A stretch of DNA of 64,000 nt, from contig OX597819.1 in NCBI GenBank assembly GCA_951406725.2, positions 73,284,001 to 73,348,000 of the forward strand, written 5' to 3'. The translations under genes were made by a program, and so were the position numbers. Every line of letters starts with the position of its first letter. Within the stretch, counting starts at the first letter, position 1. The notes beneath the pieces were generated by a model that was given only the letters and a program-made list of their open reading frames with translations, ran no database searches and was not told the origin of the DNA. Shown piece after piece: positions 27,100 through 37,397 of the stretch. Origin of the DNA: Octopus vulgaris. Taxonomy: Eukaryota.

Positions 27100-30000
27100 C
27101 ACCGTGTGTGTGTTTACCCTTGTGTTGGCATGATGGTTGTAAATGAACATCATCATTATCATCATAGAAGTGATGCTGTTTATTTTCAGTCTTCACTGGA
27201 AAACATTTCTGGCCAAAGGAAATATTACTTTCTTGGAAACAAATGCAGGTTGGCAATTGGAAAGGCATCCAGCCATAGAAAATCTGCCTAAGCAAATTCC
27301 GTCTGATGCATGCAAGCATGAAAAAGCAGTTGTTGGATGATGATGATGATTCTGGTGATTAGTCATAGTGCATGTTTGTTTGCGTATGTTTTGCTGCTCT
27401 GAAAGAAAAGTGGAACATTATTGAAAGTTATTACATCATAAAAGACCTTAAAATGTTTCTGTCCATTTCTATGAAGTTGTTTTTTTCATTGCTTATCTAG
27501 AATGTCTGTTTAACCTTTTCAAGTCCTGAGCTGCCTTAACAATTTGAAATATCACAATGCGACCCAAGGCTACTACAGTGAAAGGTATGTTAATAGCTAT
27601 GATATAATGCGATCCAAATCATATTTCTTCCTTGTCACTCCAGTTTGTCTCATAAAAGGGCAGCTCATAGTGGAAATAAAACCACTGCAAACCAGCGGTG
27701 CCTACATTACTGCACATGCCACCAGCAGACATGGACTTGAAAGGGTTAACATTCTAAAATTGTGATTTGTCTTTGCTTATAGTTTTATATCTTTTATGAT
27801 GAAACCATAACACGCTCCTGTGTCTCTCCATAGGTGAGAAATTAGTGGAATGGAACAAGTTGGATCATAGCAAATTCTGTGAATATGGTAAGAATAAGAG
27901 ATTATTTATTTCAAATATATTTTGTTTTATATAAACACTTAAATGAACAAGTCTAAAAGGTTTTTAAATTTCCAGCTTTAATTATTTGTATTCTTGGTTT
28001 ATTGAAGAAGATAAGTGTAAGGAAATATGGGGGGAGAGAATGATGAAAAGGAAATGTTATATGCACACACTACCAGGCTGTAGGAGAAACTGACCATATA
28101 CTTCCTATAGTAGAATGGTGTGTTGGTTCGTGGATTGTAAATGCATAGTGAAAGAATTTGATGTATGTACAAGAGATATTTGAGAACATATTGAATAATA
28201 AAACAACTCTAATCTTTCAAAAACCAAACATATCTTAATAAAGATTTGTGCATCTGTTCTTGATAAGCTTTTCTATAAAATTATTCTATGAATCTACCTT
28301 TAGCTTGGATGACTGCTTCAGTGCAGAACCAGAACTATTGATATATTGGCACTAAATGGTCCTTAGACATTTCAGAAATCAATTGGATGAGGGTGGCCCT
28401 CAGAGAAGCAATGACATTGTGGGGATGTTGATTAGTCTCCCTTTCAACAATGCTCCAAGTATATTAGTCCGTGGAAGTTTAGAGCAAGTTTAACCTTTTT
28501 GACACTAACCTGGCCGTAGCTGGCTGAAAAAATTTTTTGGGGCCATAGCCGGCCGAGAGTACCCATTGTTATTTAAATGTAAATTTAAGCACAAATCTTG
28601 TTAGTACATTTGGGAAAATACGTGATTTCACTTTGTAAGTAGTTGAGTCATAATATCCGACATTGCTTGAGTGAATTTTGGGAGATTTTTTCCCACATTT
28701 TTTTGGCATCGATTTGTTTTTTATTTTCACTTTTGAAAATGGATAGGAGTTTCATGCTATCAAGCAGTGATTGTGAATTTAAAGGTTTTTCAATGGAAAA
28801 TATGGAGATATTAAGAAAAAGAATGAATGAGGTACAAAAGCACGTGGTGTACAATAATGAATAGGATATTTCTGTATCCAAAAATGAAAGCAACGATTCT
28901 GAAGAAACTGAAAGTGGCAATAGCGATAGCAAAGATATTTTACATCAGAATGAAGTAAAAACTTTTAAAATGTTTTTATTAGCAACTTTTCTGAAGAGAT
29001 GTGGTTAATCCATAGTCTTTCTTAGGAAGCGAAACCATTAGACTTTTATTTTTTTCAGTATGTTTGTTTGAAGTGATCACTGCGGAAACAAACTATTACG
29101 CAGGATGTAAACAAACAGTATATGCCAGGAAAGCCCATGAAATGAGGGATCAAAGTCTGGAAAATTTGTGAAGCAAATACTGGGTACTGCTGTGGATTTA
29201 GTTTTTATACAGGGAAAATAATGTTAGTTAGCATGGCCTAGGGTACGATGTGGTCTGGAATTTATCACTTCTATTCCATAACCAGGGCCATATATTATTT
29301 TTTGACCAACTTTTTTTAGTTCGGTCAAGCTTGTGATTTAGATGGATTCCAGTATTTCAGTTTATTTCACCTTTATGGTACACCTGTTCTGTTGTGATTA
29401 AAGCTTTCAGTTTCTTCAGAATCGCTGCTTTCATTTTTGGATACAGAAATATGATAATCTAGTGATGTGCACAATTCTTCTATATCAAAATTTTGTTGCA
29501 TACCCGATTGAATTTTAGCTGATGATTCATTTTCTATGGTGATGTTTAAACAAAATTTTAATATTTTAACCTTTTGCTCAGCTTACCTGGATTTACCTGT
29601 AATTAGAGTCACTTTGAGACAAAGGTTATGCAATAGAATTGATTAAGAATCCTTTCTTTAACTATGTTCCAAATATCACATTAATATGTTGATAAGTAAA
29701 AAAGTTACAGTTGTTGAATGAAGCTAGTCTAAATTCATGATTATTTTAGAATTTAACTGAAACTCATGAGGGGTGTATTTTTGTCAGAAATATAGTAACG
29801 AAAGGGTTAGAGAATACAAGTCTGGTGTTAGATCATTGTAAAGATTGTCCGACATCTATTTTTGAGTTACACAGGCTTTGTGAAACAGTTTTCAATCTTA
29901 TTGAAACACATATGGCCTTCCACTGTGTACTTCATCCAGGGTTTAGCAACTGTCTCTAGCACCTCAGCGTATCCAGCAGCAGGAAATACACATGGAAAAA

Positions 30001-30732
30001 ACAATGTGATTATGGACTACCAGACCCTCCACATTAGCTGGACTTTTTTGTCTGGAATCCTACATTTATTAATGTTAGATGAACTTTCCAAACAGGCTCA
30101 ACAAATATTCCTTCTGTGGCCACATGGTTCCGGGTTCAGTCCCATTGCGTGGCACCTTGCCCAAATGTCTTCTGCTATAGCTTTGGGCTTTGATAGATAG
30201 ATGGAAACTGAAAGAAGCCCATCGTATACATATATATATATATGTGTGTGTGTTTGTGTGTCTGTTTGGCAAAAGACACTGACAGAATAAGTATTACGCT
30301 TACAAAGAATAAGTCCTGGAGTTGGTTTGTTTGACTAAAGCCGGTGCTCCAGTATGACCGCGGTCAAATGACTCAAACAAGTAAAAGAAGAAAAGAATAG
30401 TTTAAAATGAAGAAGTTATTGTAAACTTCCTTCCCTGAAACAAATGCAAAGCAAACTTAATTCTGATTTGTGTCAATTTGATAAAGGTAAATTAATTTAA
30501 AGTAGCTGCAACCACTCCTGGGATCAGTGCCGCTGTGTTGAGGAAACTTAGTGGTTGTTGTGGTTGTTCTAATTGAATTGTTACGACCACCACTGTATGG
30601 TGTTAAACTTATACTCTGCTGTTTTGTTTTGTAGCAGCTGAATTTTTATCCCTCCACCCATCCTTAGATGGCAGTGTCAGCCCTCCACATAAGTCTTCAA
30701 AACAGGTAAGTTCAGAATTCTATATTAAAGCG

Positions 30733-30763
<31 letters not shown>

Positions 30764-31641
30764 TCCTATTGATTCATTGTCAACCTTACCTTATGTAGAA
30801 GCTATTTCTTATAGAAATGATGTTTGAGGTTTTGCCTAAATCATTATATCTATCGTCTTCCTTACAGCAGAGCAATATCTAAAAAGGCTTGTCATACAAT
30901 TTCATCGTCCCAACATGGAAAATGGCGAGGGAGATGCTCTGGAAGTCATTCTGACTCACAACGTTCACACTTGCAGATAGCCATTTCCGTCCCTGTAGTC
31001 CATTCTTCTGGGTGGTTGGTGTTAGGAAGGGTATCCAACTGTGAAAAGCATGCCAAAACAAACACAGAAGTCTGGTACAGTCTTCTGCCTGGCCAGCTCT
31101 TGTCAAACCGTCCAACCCAAGCCAGCATGGAAGGCAGATGTTAAATGATGATAGTGAGCAGAAATGTGGTATGGAGTCCAAGAATACCAGTGGTGTCCAT
31201 TGTCACTGGCTTGACCACCACAAACCTGTCACAGAGTCACCGATATTTGACTGTTTGCCCTTCTTGGCTTGACAATCAATGGAGCCTGGGGTGGTAGCTG
31301 AACACACCATGTTGCCACTGGAGGTGTCACAGCATGTGGCATTCCAGATGAAAAGCCTACCACCAGGGAAAGGAAAATTGTCATACAGTCAACCAGATTG
31401 TGCCATGTAATTCAATGTATCATATTGGGTTTTTCTTTAAAAGTACATTACTTCCTAAAATAATAGTTTTCATCTAGACATAGGCATGGCTGTCTGGTAA
31501 GAAGTTTGCTTCCCAACCACATGGTTCCAGGTTCAGTCCCACTGCATGGCACCTTGAGCAAGTGTCTTCTACTATAGCTTTGGGCTGACAAAAGCCTTGC
31601 GAGTGGATTTGGTAGACAGAAACTGAAAGAAGTCTGTTGTA

Positions 31642-31700
<59 letters not shown>

Positions 31701-34700
31701 ATATATGTTTGTGTGTCTGTGTTTGTCCCCCCCAACATCGCTTGACAACCGATGATGGTGTGTTTATGTCCCTGTAACTTAGCGGTTCAACAAAAGAGAC
31801 TGATAGAATAAGTACAAGGCTTACAAAGAATAAGTCTTGGAGTTGATTTGTTCAACTAAAGGTGGTGTTCCAGCATGGCTGCAGTCAAACTGACTGAATC
31901 AAGCAAAAGAATGAAAGGATCAAGATGCTTTACAATTGTAGATGTTTTCACTAATTCAATTGCAATATTTTCTGTTGCTAGGAAATGAGTATTGTGGATG
32001 CAAGCGAAGACGCTCAACTGCAAGCAGCAATCAAAGCATCTCTGGAACAAGATGCACATTCTTCGGAATCTGACGGTTCAGGGTCAGAATACGACATTGA
32101 TTTGGAGACCTTTACTGGCTCAGAAGAGGAGAGCGTACCATCTCCAGTCAAACGGATTAAAACATCTGAAAGAAAGTCGCATGGCAGCTCAAACTTGCTT
32201 TCTAAATTAGAAAAAGTATCCGAATCTAAGAACAAATCAAAACGTGTGCCGTGTACTCAGTCTTCGAGCTCCAGTGCCACGGTTTATAAGAGTTTAACTA
32301 CTTTGAAATCACCCATCTTTTCATCTTCACAAACCACTGAATTACCATGTTCCAGTAAACAGTCAACAGCTACAACAACGGCATCAACAACAGCGTCGAG
32401 CAAACAAGACAGCACAGCCAGTAGTAGCAGTAGTAGTAGTAGTTGGAAGGCATATCTAGGTTCTAAAGATGGTAAGTACGATATTGTTTAGTTTTTGTTG
32501 GTTTCAGTCTGAAGATGGTTGTGTCTTGGCCAGATTACACTTAATGGCTTGAATCATCGTCGTAGTTGTTGTGTAACCCTTTCGTTACCAACCCAGTTGA
32601 AACCTCCTCTGGCCCTGAGTACAAATGTCTTGTTTTCATAAGTTTGGAATTAAGATCTTCCACCAAACCTTAATCTCAGTTTATGTTCCTAACACTAGCT
32701 TAATGATAACTAAATCATTTTACTAAATTCTTTGTTATATTTAAAATTGATTGAAAGAAACACAGAGCATCTCAACAGAAATATGGTAATGAAAGGGTTA
32801 ACGCCTGCTTTCCCTGATAAGTCGAGAAATTTGTTCCAGCCAGAATATGACTTTTTGTCAGGGGTTGCAACTTGGAATATTCAGAAATGTTTCAGATTTT
32901 AGCACAAGGCCAGCAATTTTAGAGTGAGAGAGGTAAGTCAGTTGCATTGACACCATTACTCAGCTAGAATTTTAATTTATTCACCCTGGAAAGCAAAGTT
33001 GATTTGGGTGAGATTTGAACTGAGAATGTAAAGATTGAGACAAAAACTGCTGTTAAATATTTTATCTGATGTGCTAACACCAGCCAGCCAGCCACCTTAG
33101 AGTATTCAGAAATGATTAAAATGATGGTGAGCCACAAGGCTCACCATCATTTTTTTGCCTATGAGGTCTTTTGATTCTTATTTTGCTGGGATGGACCATC
33201 ACAGCCATTTCATGTTTAAAAATTCCTATTAGGAATTTTAATGTTAAAATGCTTGGTGTATCATAGATATATGACCAATTTATTGCACTTGAATTTTAAC
33301 AAGAAAACTTTATATGGACACCAGGTGAGTGTCCTAAATCCTCTCAGTTTCTTTAAAGTATAATGTATTACAGCTAATAAATATACCTGTTCCTTACATG
33401 CGACTTGAAACCCTGAATGAAATGTATTTCAGCAAGTGCACAATGAAACAAACTAGACTCAAAGTGCTGCTGTTCATTCAGTTTGTTTACTTCTGGTCAG
33501 CCTAGAAATTTCAATTTATTTAACCCTTTAGCATTCAGATTACTGTGTCAAATTTTATGCTTATATATTACCTCTTAGTGAAATTGTATATGTTTGTTTG
33601 TCCATGGACATCTCAAGAACCACTGGATGGATTTGGATGAAACTTTCAGGGATGTTTGGCCTCTTGATGGCACAAACTGATAAGATTTTGGGATTGATCT
33701 GGTTCAGGACAAGGATTCTGGATTATTTTTATATTTACTTTACATGTTATTACAGAGATGTACCTGCATAGCAAGTGACCTGATCTGAGAGTGTGCTGGA
33801 ACGAAAACAATTACAGCATGGATGGTGTTTATAAGCCATTTAAGAAACACGAAAACCATTAGATTCACTTCAACATTTAAATTTAATTTGCCAAAATTCC
33901 GTGCAGCACGGAATTTTGTCAGTGAACAGGTCGCGGTTTCAAAGCAATGAAAATATTTTGGCAAATTGAATTTAAATGTTGTACTGAATCTAACGGTTTT
34001 TGTGTGTTTCTTAAATGGCTTCAAAACACCTTCCATGCTGGAATTGTTTACTTTACATGATTACGATCTTACATAACTGTCAAGTATTGCTCAATTATCT
34101 CCCTTTAGGTTGTAACAATTTTGAATGGTGAATCTGTTATGGCTTGTATTAGATAAGGGTAAACTATTTATTACTGTTACTAAATTTTCTACAGCCACCT
34201 TCACATTCCACGACTACCATTGACCAGGTACTGGAGAAGGATTCTGGATTACTTGTTTTTTTTTTAATTCAATTTTTGAGAGTGGAAAGGTTCATTTTTA
34301 GTATTCTCGTTTGTGAGAACAGTTAAGTGTTTCAGATATTCTCATTTTAAAAAATCATCTCCAGTTAATCATTGAGAGGATGTTGGCATTGCCTTGATGG
34401 AGGTTTGCGCTCTTGTTCACATTGTTTTGAATTAATCCTACATTATTTTGTAGCTTTGAAATTCCTGTATGATTGTCTTACTTTTGGAATGACATTGTAG
34501 GGCAAGCATAAGAAGCCTGATCTAGCCAGTTTGAACATAAAACAGGTGGAATATTTTTGCTGGATGTAGCTGGTTTAAAAAATACTGCCTTATTCAGGAG
34601 TAGTGGATAAGTTTGTTCACTTGAATGGCAATGTGTCATAGGATGTAATGCTGGCTATAATCAGTGGATTAAATTTGTCTTGTAAATAAGCAGCTGAAGA

Positions 34701-36800
34701 AATAGTTTTCTGGAGTTTACCATACTTTCAATGTCAGTGGTGAGCTAGAAGGAATAAAGAATCTTTATGTAACCTGTGTTTGGTGTGATGGGATTGGCCT
34801 CCAGTTAAAGATAGCAGCAGCAATGTGGTCAGTTCTGTGTACAACATTGACAGATTGTGTGGAGTGATAAAGTGATTTGGCACAGAAGACAACTGTTTAT
34901 ATATGAGAGAGAGAGAGAGAATTATTACTATATTATTACGCAGTAGGACTGAACCTGGAACCATGTGGTTGGGAAGCAAGCTTCTTACCACACAGCCACT
35001 CCTGTCCTGCAAGCAAAATGATTTTATTTGTGGCTGTAGTTAGTTTGATTAGACAGAAATATTAGCACAGTTTATAAATTAATTGATGATGACAGCTTTA
35101 AAAAAAAATTTTTTTTAATAGTGTTTTAATTTGAATCATTTCCCTTTAGAAGTGATCAATGAGGATCATGTTGCCAATTAATTACTTTTGGTTTTGACTA
35201 ATATGTTTTCTTTTTTTTTTTTTTAGATCCTGTCACAAATCTAATGATTCGGTTTCCTGATGGCAACAAACAACAGTTATCACTTCCTTGTACGTCACCA
35301 TTGTTGGTAAGTGAAACTTAATATCCTCTTGCTGTGTTTGTTATTGTCATCATCATTTAACATCCTCCTTTCCATGCTGGTATGGGTTGGACGGTTTGAC
35401 AGAAGCTGCACCATGCTCCAGTTCTGTTCTACACTCTGATACCCTTCCTAATGTCACTCACTTTATAAAATATATTGATTGCCAATCCCCAAAATTATTT
35501 TTTTTATCTGTAATCTATCAGAAGAGAAATCTCTTGGTTATGAAATCATTTGACAAAACCTCTTTGTAGAGGAAAGCACTTTCCTTTTTTTTTTATACCA
35601 TTTGGGTGTTTTTTTACTAATTTCATTTCTACTCTAGGCACAAGGCCCAACATTTTTTGGGGGGTGGGGAAGTAGATTAGATCGACCCCAGTATGTAACT
35701 AGTACTTAATTTATTGACCCCCAAAAGGATAAAAAGTGAATTCAACCTCGGGGGAATTTGAACTCAGAATGTAGAGATGAAATACTGCCAAGCATTTCGC
35801 TTAGCATGCTAACATTTTTGCCAGCTAATTGTTGAAGATAACGGGAACAGGGAGGGCATATCACCATTGTTTACCAATCTGTCTTCCATTGTGTTGTGGA
35901 TTGGGAAGTTAAATAGGATCCAAGGAGCTGGAGAATTGTGTTGAGGGCAATGCCCTGCTTTGTCATGGTTTCTCTAGCTGGATGGCCTTCTTAACTCCAA
36001 CCACTTTACAGCATGTACTGGATGTGTTTGTTTTCTTTCCATAACACTGGATATTAGGGAAGTCACCAAGTAACAGACAAGGCGGGGAACACCCCTCAAC
36101 TGAGTGGGGCTGCAGTAGAGAGGGAAGTGGCTTTGAGATAAAGATGTTGGTGACAGGGTGCTAAGAGTATTCTCTCATGGGACAAGTGAGAAGAGGGGGG
36201 AAAATATGGACTGAGAAGGGTGGGTACGTTCATAAAAGTGTGAGGTGAATGATGTACTTGGGTGAAGATGTGGTTGATGGTTAAAATATCTATATGGGGG
36301 AGGAGGTAAAAGAAATAGCTGAGGAAGAAGGGAGTGGAGGGCAGCAGGTGCATAAGACAAGTGACACTAATTAATGGGGACCAAGCATCAGTTGATGCCA
36401 GTGCCTCCCGACTAGTTCCTTTGCCAATGGCATGTAAGAAGCACCCACTACATAGAGTGGTTGGCATTAGGAAGGGCATGCCAGATCAGATTGGGACCTG
36501 ATGCAGCCTCTGGTTTTCCTGTCCCCAGTCAAACTGTCCAACCCAACCCAGCATGGAAAGCGGACATTAAAAGATGATTTTGTGGGGAAATGGATTGCTT
36601 TTATTTTTATGTTTATAATTTCTGTTTTCTTTTTCGTCTAGGCTCTTGAAGAATTCGTAAAAGAGAAAGGATATTCAAATGAAAAATATGAACTAATTAC
36701 TAACTTCCCTCGTAGAAAATTATCAACTTATGACAGAAATCTTTCTCTGAAAGATGCTGGTCTTTTCCCTCAAGATACTGTTTTTGTCCAAGAGAGATGA
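6187..36800 (+). CDS. UBXN7: UBX domain-containing protein 7, spliced gene, 5'-partial: join(6187-6337,12655-12722,19281-19346,21226-21338,22831-22977,26307-26397,27834-27887,30635-30705,31982-32471,35227-35306,36642-36800)
   Basis: Eleven AG/GT-bounded exons join in consistent phase into one ORF of about 496 aa. It has a UBA-like N-terminus (MIEACNGDLQMAV), VRAPIPQK, FDGFRDFQ, LEDLFRPPIDL, a UAS domain (WLMVNIQNVQEFACQTLNRDVWSN), a UIM (SEDAQLQAAIKASL) and a UBX domain (IRFPDG...TNFPRRKL...LFPQDTVFVQER*). Confidence 0.96.
7118..7339. mobile_element. piggyBac-type MITE (about 220 bp)
   Basis: TTAA on both sides, CCCTTT...AAAGGG termini; related copies at 8459-8677, 32577-32797 and 38090-38286. 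Confidence 0.85.
7371..8454 (-). mobile_element. piggyBac deletion derivative with N-terminal transposase remnant
   Basis: TTAA flanks; CCCTTTCGTTAC terminal inverted repeats; subterminal GGGCGGTTTGG repeats; minus-strand acidic ORF ending ALDYFFLLL...IITAEANRYA, typical of the piggyBac/PGBD N-terminal region. Confidence 0.85.
8459..8677. mobile_element. piggyBac-type MITE
   Basis: Similar to 7118-7339 along its length; TTAA at 8455-8458 and 8678-8681. Confidence 0.85.
9930..10444 (-). mobile_element. RTE-clade LINE fragment (RT C-terminal part with Cys-rich insert), degenerate
   Basis: Minus ORF LESKGLKVNLAKSKVVVS...CSKCRKG...VVAGFCYLED, typical of RTE reverse transcriptase. Confidence 0.7.
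10445..11610 (-). mobile_element. RTE/BovB-like LINE reverse transcriptase fragment (pseudogenised)
   Basis: LKNNKAAGKDNIPAEILK, WSDATLVPFFKKRD...NYHGISLIDVSAKIF and GVWQGCVLLPTLFN motifs, broken by stops and frameshifts. Confidence 0.9.
12655..12722 (+). CDS. UBXN7: UBXN7 exon (68 nt)
   Basis: ggcag acceptor, gtaagt donor; TDEVRAPIPQKREILVEDAPVF; phase 2 to 1. Confidence 0.93.
14806..15070. mobile_element. hAT-type MITE with GGAGTC subterminal repeats
   Basis: Termini CTGGGCTGTGGAGT and ACTCCGCAGCCCTG; perfect 8-bp target duplication TCCCCAAC at 14798-14805 and 15071-15078. Confidence 0.85.
16027..16056 (+). CDS. Candidate alternative UBXN7 microexon A (30 nt, phase 1-1; VQKMMNADSI)
   Basis: ttttctgtttgtag acceptor, AG|gtttgt donor; in frame and stop-free between flanking exons; no transcript evidence available. 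Confidence 0.55.
16302..16320 (+). CDS. Candidate alternative UBXN7 microexon B (19 nt)
   Basis: tgcgtttttttacag acceptor, gttagt donor; keeps frame only with exon C. Confidence 0.45.
16442..16458 (+). CDS. Candidate alternative UBXN7 microexon C (17 nt)
   Basis: ttttcaag acceptor (weak), ATG|gtgagc donor (strong); B+C = 36 nt, DVYKWIDVHGRN. Confidence 0.45.
16833..17148. repeat. Inverted duplication with about 130-bp arms (Penelope pLTR-like)
   Basis: 16833-16963 is nearly the reverse complement of 16983-17115; 17117-17148 is an inverted copy of 16949-16980; flanked by (AAT)n and (ATT)n. Confidence 0.85.
17720..18345 (+). repeat. Degenerate minisatellite, about 20-bp unit GTGCCATGTACAGACCACCT
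   Basis: Recurring gtgcca(t/c)...acagacc motifs over about 620 bp, running into a SINE body. Confidence 0.8.
19281..19346 (+). CDS. UBXN7: UBXN7 exon (66 nt, symmetric phase 1-1)
   Basis: tttctttcag acceptor, gtgagt donor; GFRGRRPAKSVFDGFRDFQAEA. Confidence 0.93.
21226..21338 (+). CDS. UBXN7: UBXN7 exon (113 nt)
   Basis: ttttag acceptor, gtaagt donor; RQQEEMLHRSSTITSKHQTLEDLFRPPIDLIFKGTFAS. Confidence 0.94.
22831..22977 (+). CDS. UBXN7: UBXN7 exon, UAS/thioredoxin-like domain
   Basis: catcag acceptor, gtaaat donor; AREEGTNQNRWLMVNIQNVQEFACQTLNRDVWSNSAVRNIVKEHFILWQ. Confidence 0.95.
23824..23876. repeat. (TA)n microsatellite
   Basis: Pure TA run; others at about 9869-9912, 31630-31688 and 61978-62020; (CA)n at 27058-27096; (GA)n at 59162-59220. 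Confidence 0.95.
24238..24908 (-). mobile_element. Non-autonomous Helitron, copy 1 of a tandem pair
   Basis: Minus-strand 5' end TCTAATAC..., 3' end CTAG preceded by a degenerate hairpin; aligns with 24904-25803. Confidence 0.7.
24904..25803 (-). mobile_element. Non-autonomous Helitron, copy 2 of a tandem pair
   Basis: Hairpin CCCGTGACCC-GTT-GGGTCACCGGG (24912-24935) beside the 3' end; 5' end TCTATAATG...; about 230 bp longer than copy 1. Confidence 0.72.
26307..26397 (+). CDS. UBXN7: UBXN7 exon, UAS domain (91 nt)
   Basis: gctag acceptor, gtaagc donor; VYHDSEEGRKYMQFYKVNIWPYIAILDPQT. Confidence 0.95.
26574..26770 (+). mobile_element. Further SINE family (GAGTTCAAATTCCGCCGAGGTCGACTTTGCCTTTCATCC core)
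   Basis: B-box-like GAGTTCAAATTCC; related copies near 668-930, 17165-17390, 18845-19050(-), 32900-33100(-) and 35635-35825(-). Confidence 0.75.
27834..27887 (+). CDS. UBXN7: UBXN7 exon (54 nt)
   Basis: ccatag acceptor, gtaaga donor; GEKLVEWNKLDHSKFCEY. Confidence 0.92.
28494..29806 (+). mobile_element. Diverged piggyBac deletion derivative, same family as 7371-8454 in opposite orientation
   Basis: TTAA-CCTTT start and GTAACGAAAGGG end; remnant MDRSFMLSSSDCEFKGFS matches MDTNFIISSSESEFEGFS in the other copy. Confidence 0.8.
30635..30705 (+). CDS. UBXN7: UBXN7 exon (71 nt; TAGCAG tandem acceptor)
   Basis: ttttgtag acceptor, gtaagt donor; AAEFLSLHPSLDGSVSPPHKSSKQ. Confidence 0.88.
31483..31917 (+). 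mobile_element. tRNA-derived SINE with internal microsatellite (full-length example)
   Basis: tRNA-like head GGCATGGCTGTCTGGTAAG...GGTTCAGTCCC, ACCTTGAGCAAGTG core, (TA)/(TG) tract, AAAGA tail; similar copies at about 6380-6660(-), 14275-14620(-), 22320-22570, 30115-30395, 42350-42652(-), 48032-48400 and 48970-49376. Confidence 0.85.
31982..32471 (+). CDS. UBXN7: UBXN7 exon, UIM plus Ser/Thr-rich linker
   Basis: ttgctag acceptor, gtaagt donor; EMSIVDASEDAQLQAAIKASLEQ...SWKAYLGSKD. Confidence 0.93.
32577..32797. mobile_element. piggyBac-type MITE
   Basis: CCCTTTCGTTAC start, GAAAGGG-TTAA end; same body as 7118-7339. Confidence 0.8.
33805..34049. repeat. Foldback repeat with about 93-bp arms and an inner palindrome
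   Basis: 33805-33897 pairs with 33955-34049; inner CAAAATTCCGTGC-A-GCACGGAATTTTG at 33892-33918. Confidence 0.85.
35227..35306 (+). CDS. UBXN7: UBXN7 exon, UBX domain start (80 nt)
   Basis: poly-T/ag acceptor, gtaagt donor; DPVTNLMIRFPDGNKQQLSLPCTSPLL. Confidence 0.94.
36642..36800 (+). CDS. UBXN7: UBXN7 terminal coding exon, UBX domain
   Basis: tcgtctag acceptor; ALEEFVKEKGYSNEKYELITNFPRRKLSTYDRNLSLKDAGLFPQDTVFVQER then TGA. Confidence 0.95.
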   Translation, partial: ALEEFVKEKGYSNEKYELITNFPRRKLSTYDRNLSLKDAGLFPQDTVFVQER

Positions 36801-37361
36801 TCTTCAGCTGATGATTGGAAACCCAAACCACACACAATTTGCATTGACAATGTCAAAGCAAATCACATGATCGTCCCTGGGTGGCTTTGAACTGAACACT
36901 TTTAGTAGTAACATGGCAGACCTGGGACAAGTTAAAGAAACATAAAGACAACATTTCATTCTAAAAGAAAGAGAAATGAAGATTTTTTAAAAAATAAAAT
37001 CCATTTCCGTTTTTCAAAGAAATCTGGTCAGTTACATTGATTTGGGAGGGGGGGAGTTCAAATTTCAAATAACATGACCAACTTTTTTTTTTAAAATTTT
37101 TTAACAATGGTAAAATCTTTCTTCCAAGTTGTCTTAAAATCTAACTTCGTGCTGCCGGGCCCAAGTTCTACCTAAAAGAAAGTTTATCTTTTATGATCCT
37201 GTTGTTGTAGCAGCAAGACCATAAAACAGTAAATATACTTTTGTGTTCGTTCGGTAATTTATTGGCCACAAATGAAAGATTACTTGAAGCTAAAATGGGA
37301 GAGAAAGTGAGCTTTAGAAAAGAAAATTATTAAAAAAAAAAAATCTGAAAGCAAAGAGCCA

Positions 37362-37397
37362 AATAAAAATAAAACGAACAAAATGTGCAAATTTATT
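37362..37397. terminator. Facing polyadenylation signals between UBXN7 and ZNF277
   Basis: + strand AATAAA at 37362-37367 and 37368-37373; - strand AATAAA (plus TTTATT) at 37392-37397, the first canonical hexamer downstream of the ZNF277 stop. Confidence 0.45.
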
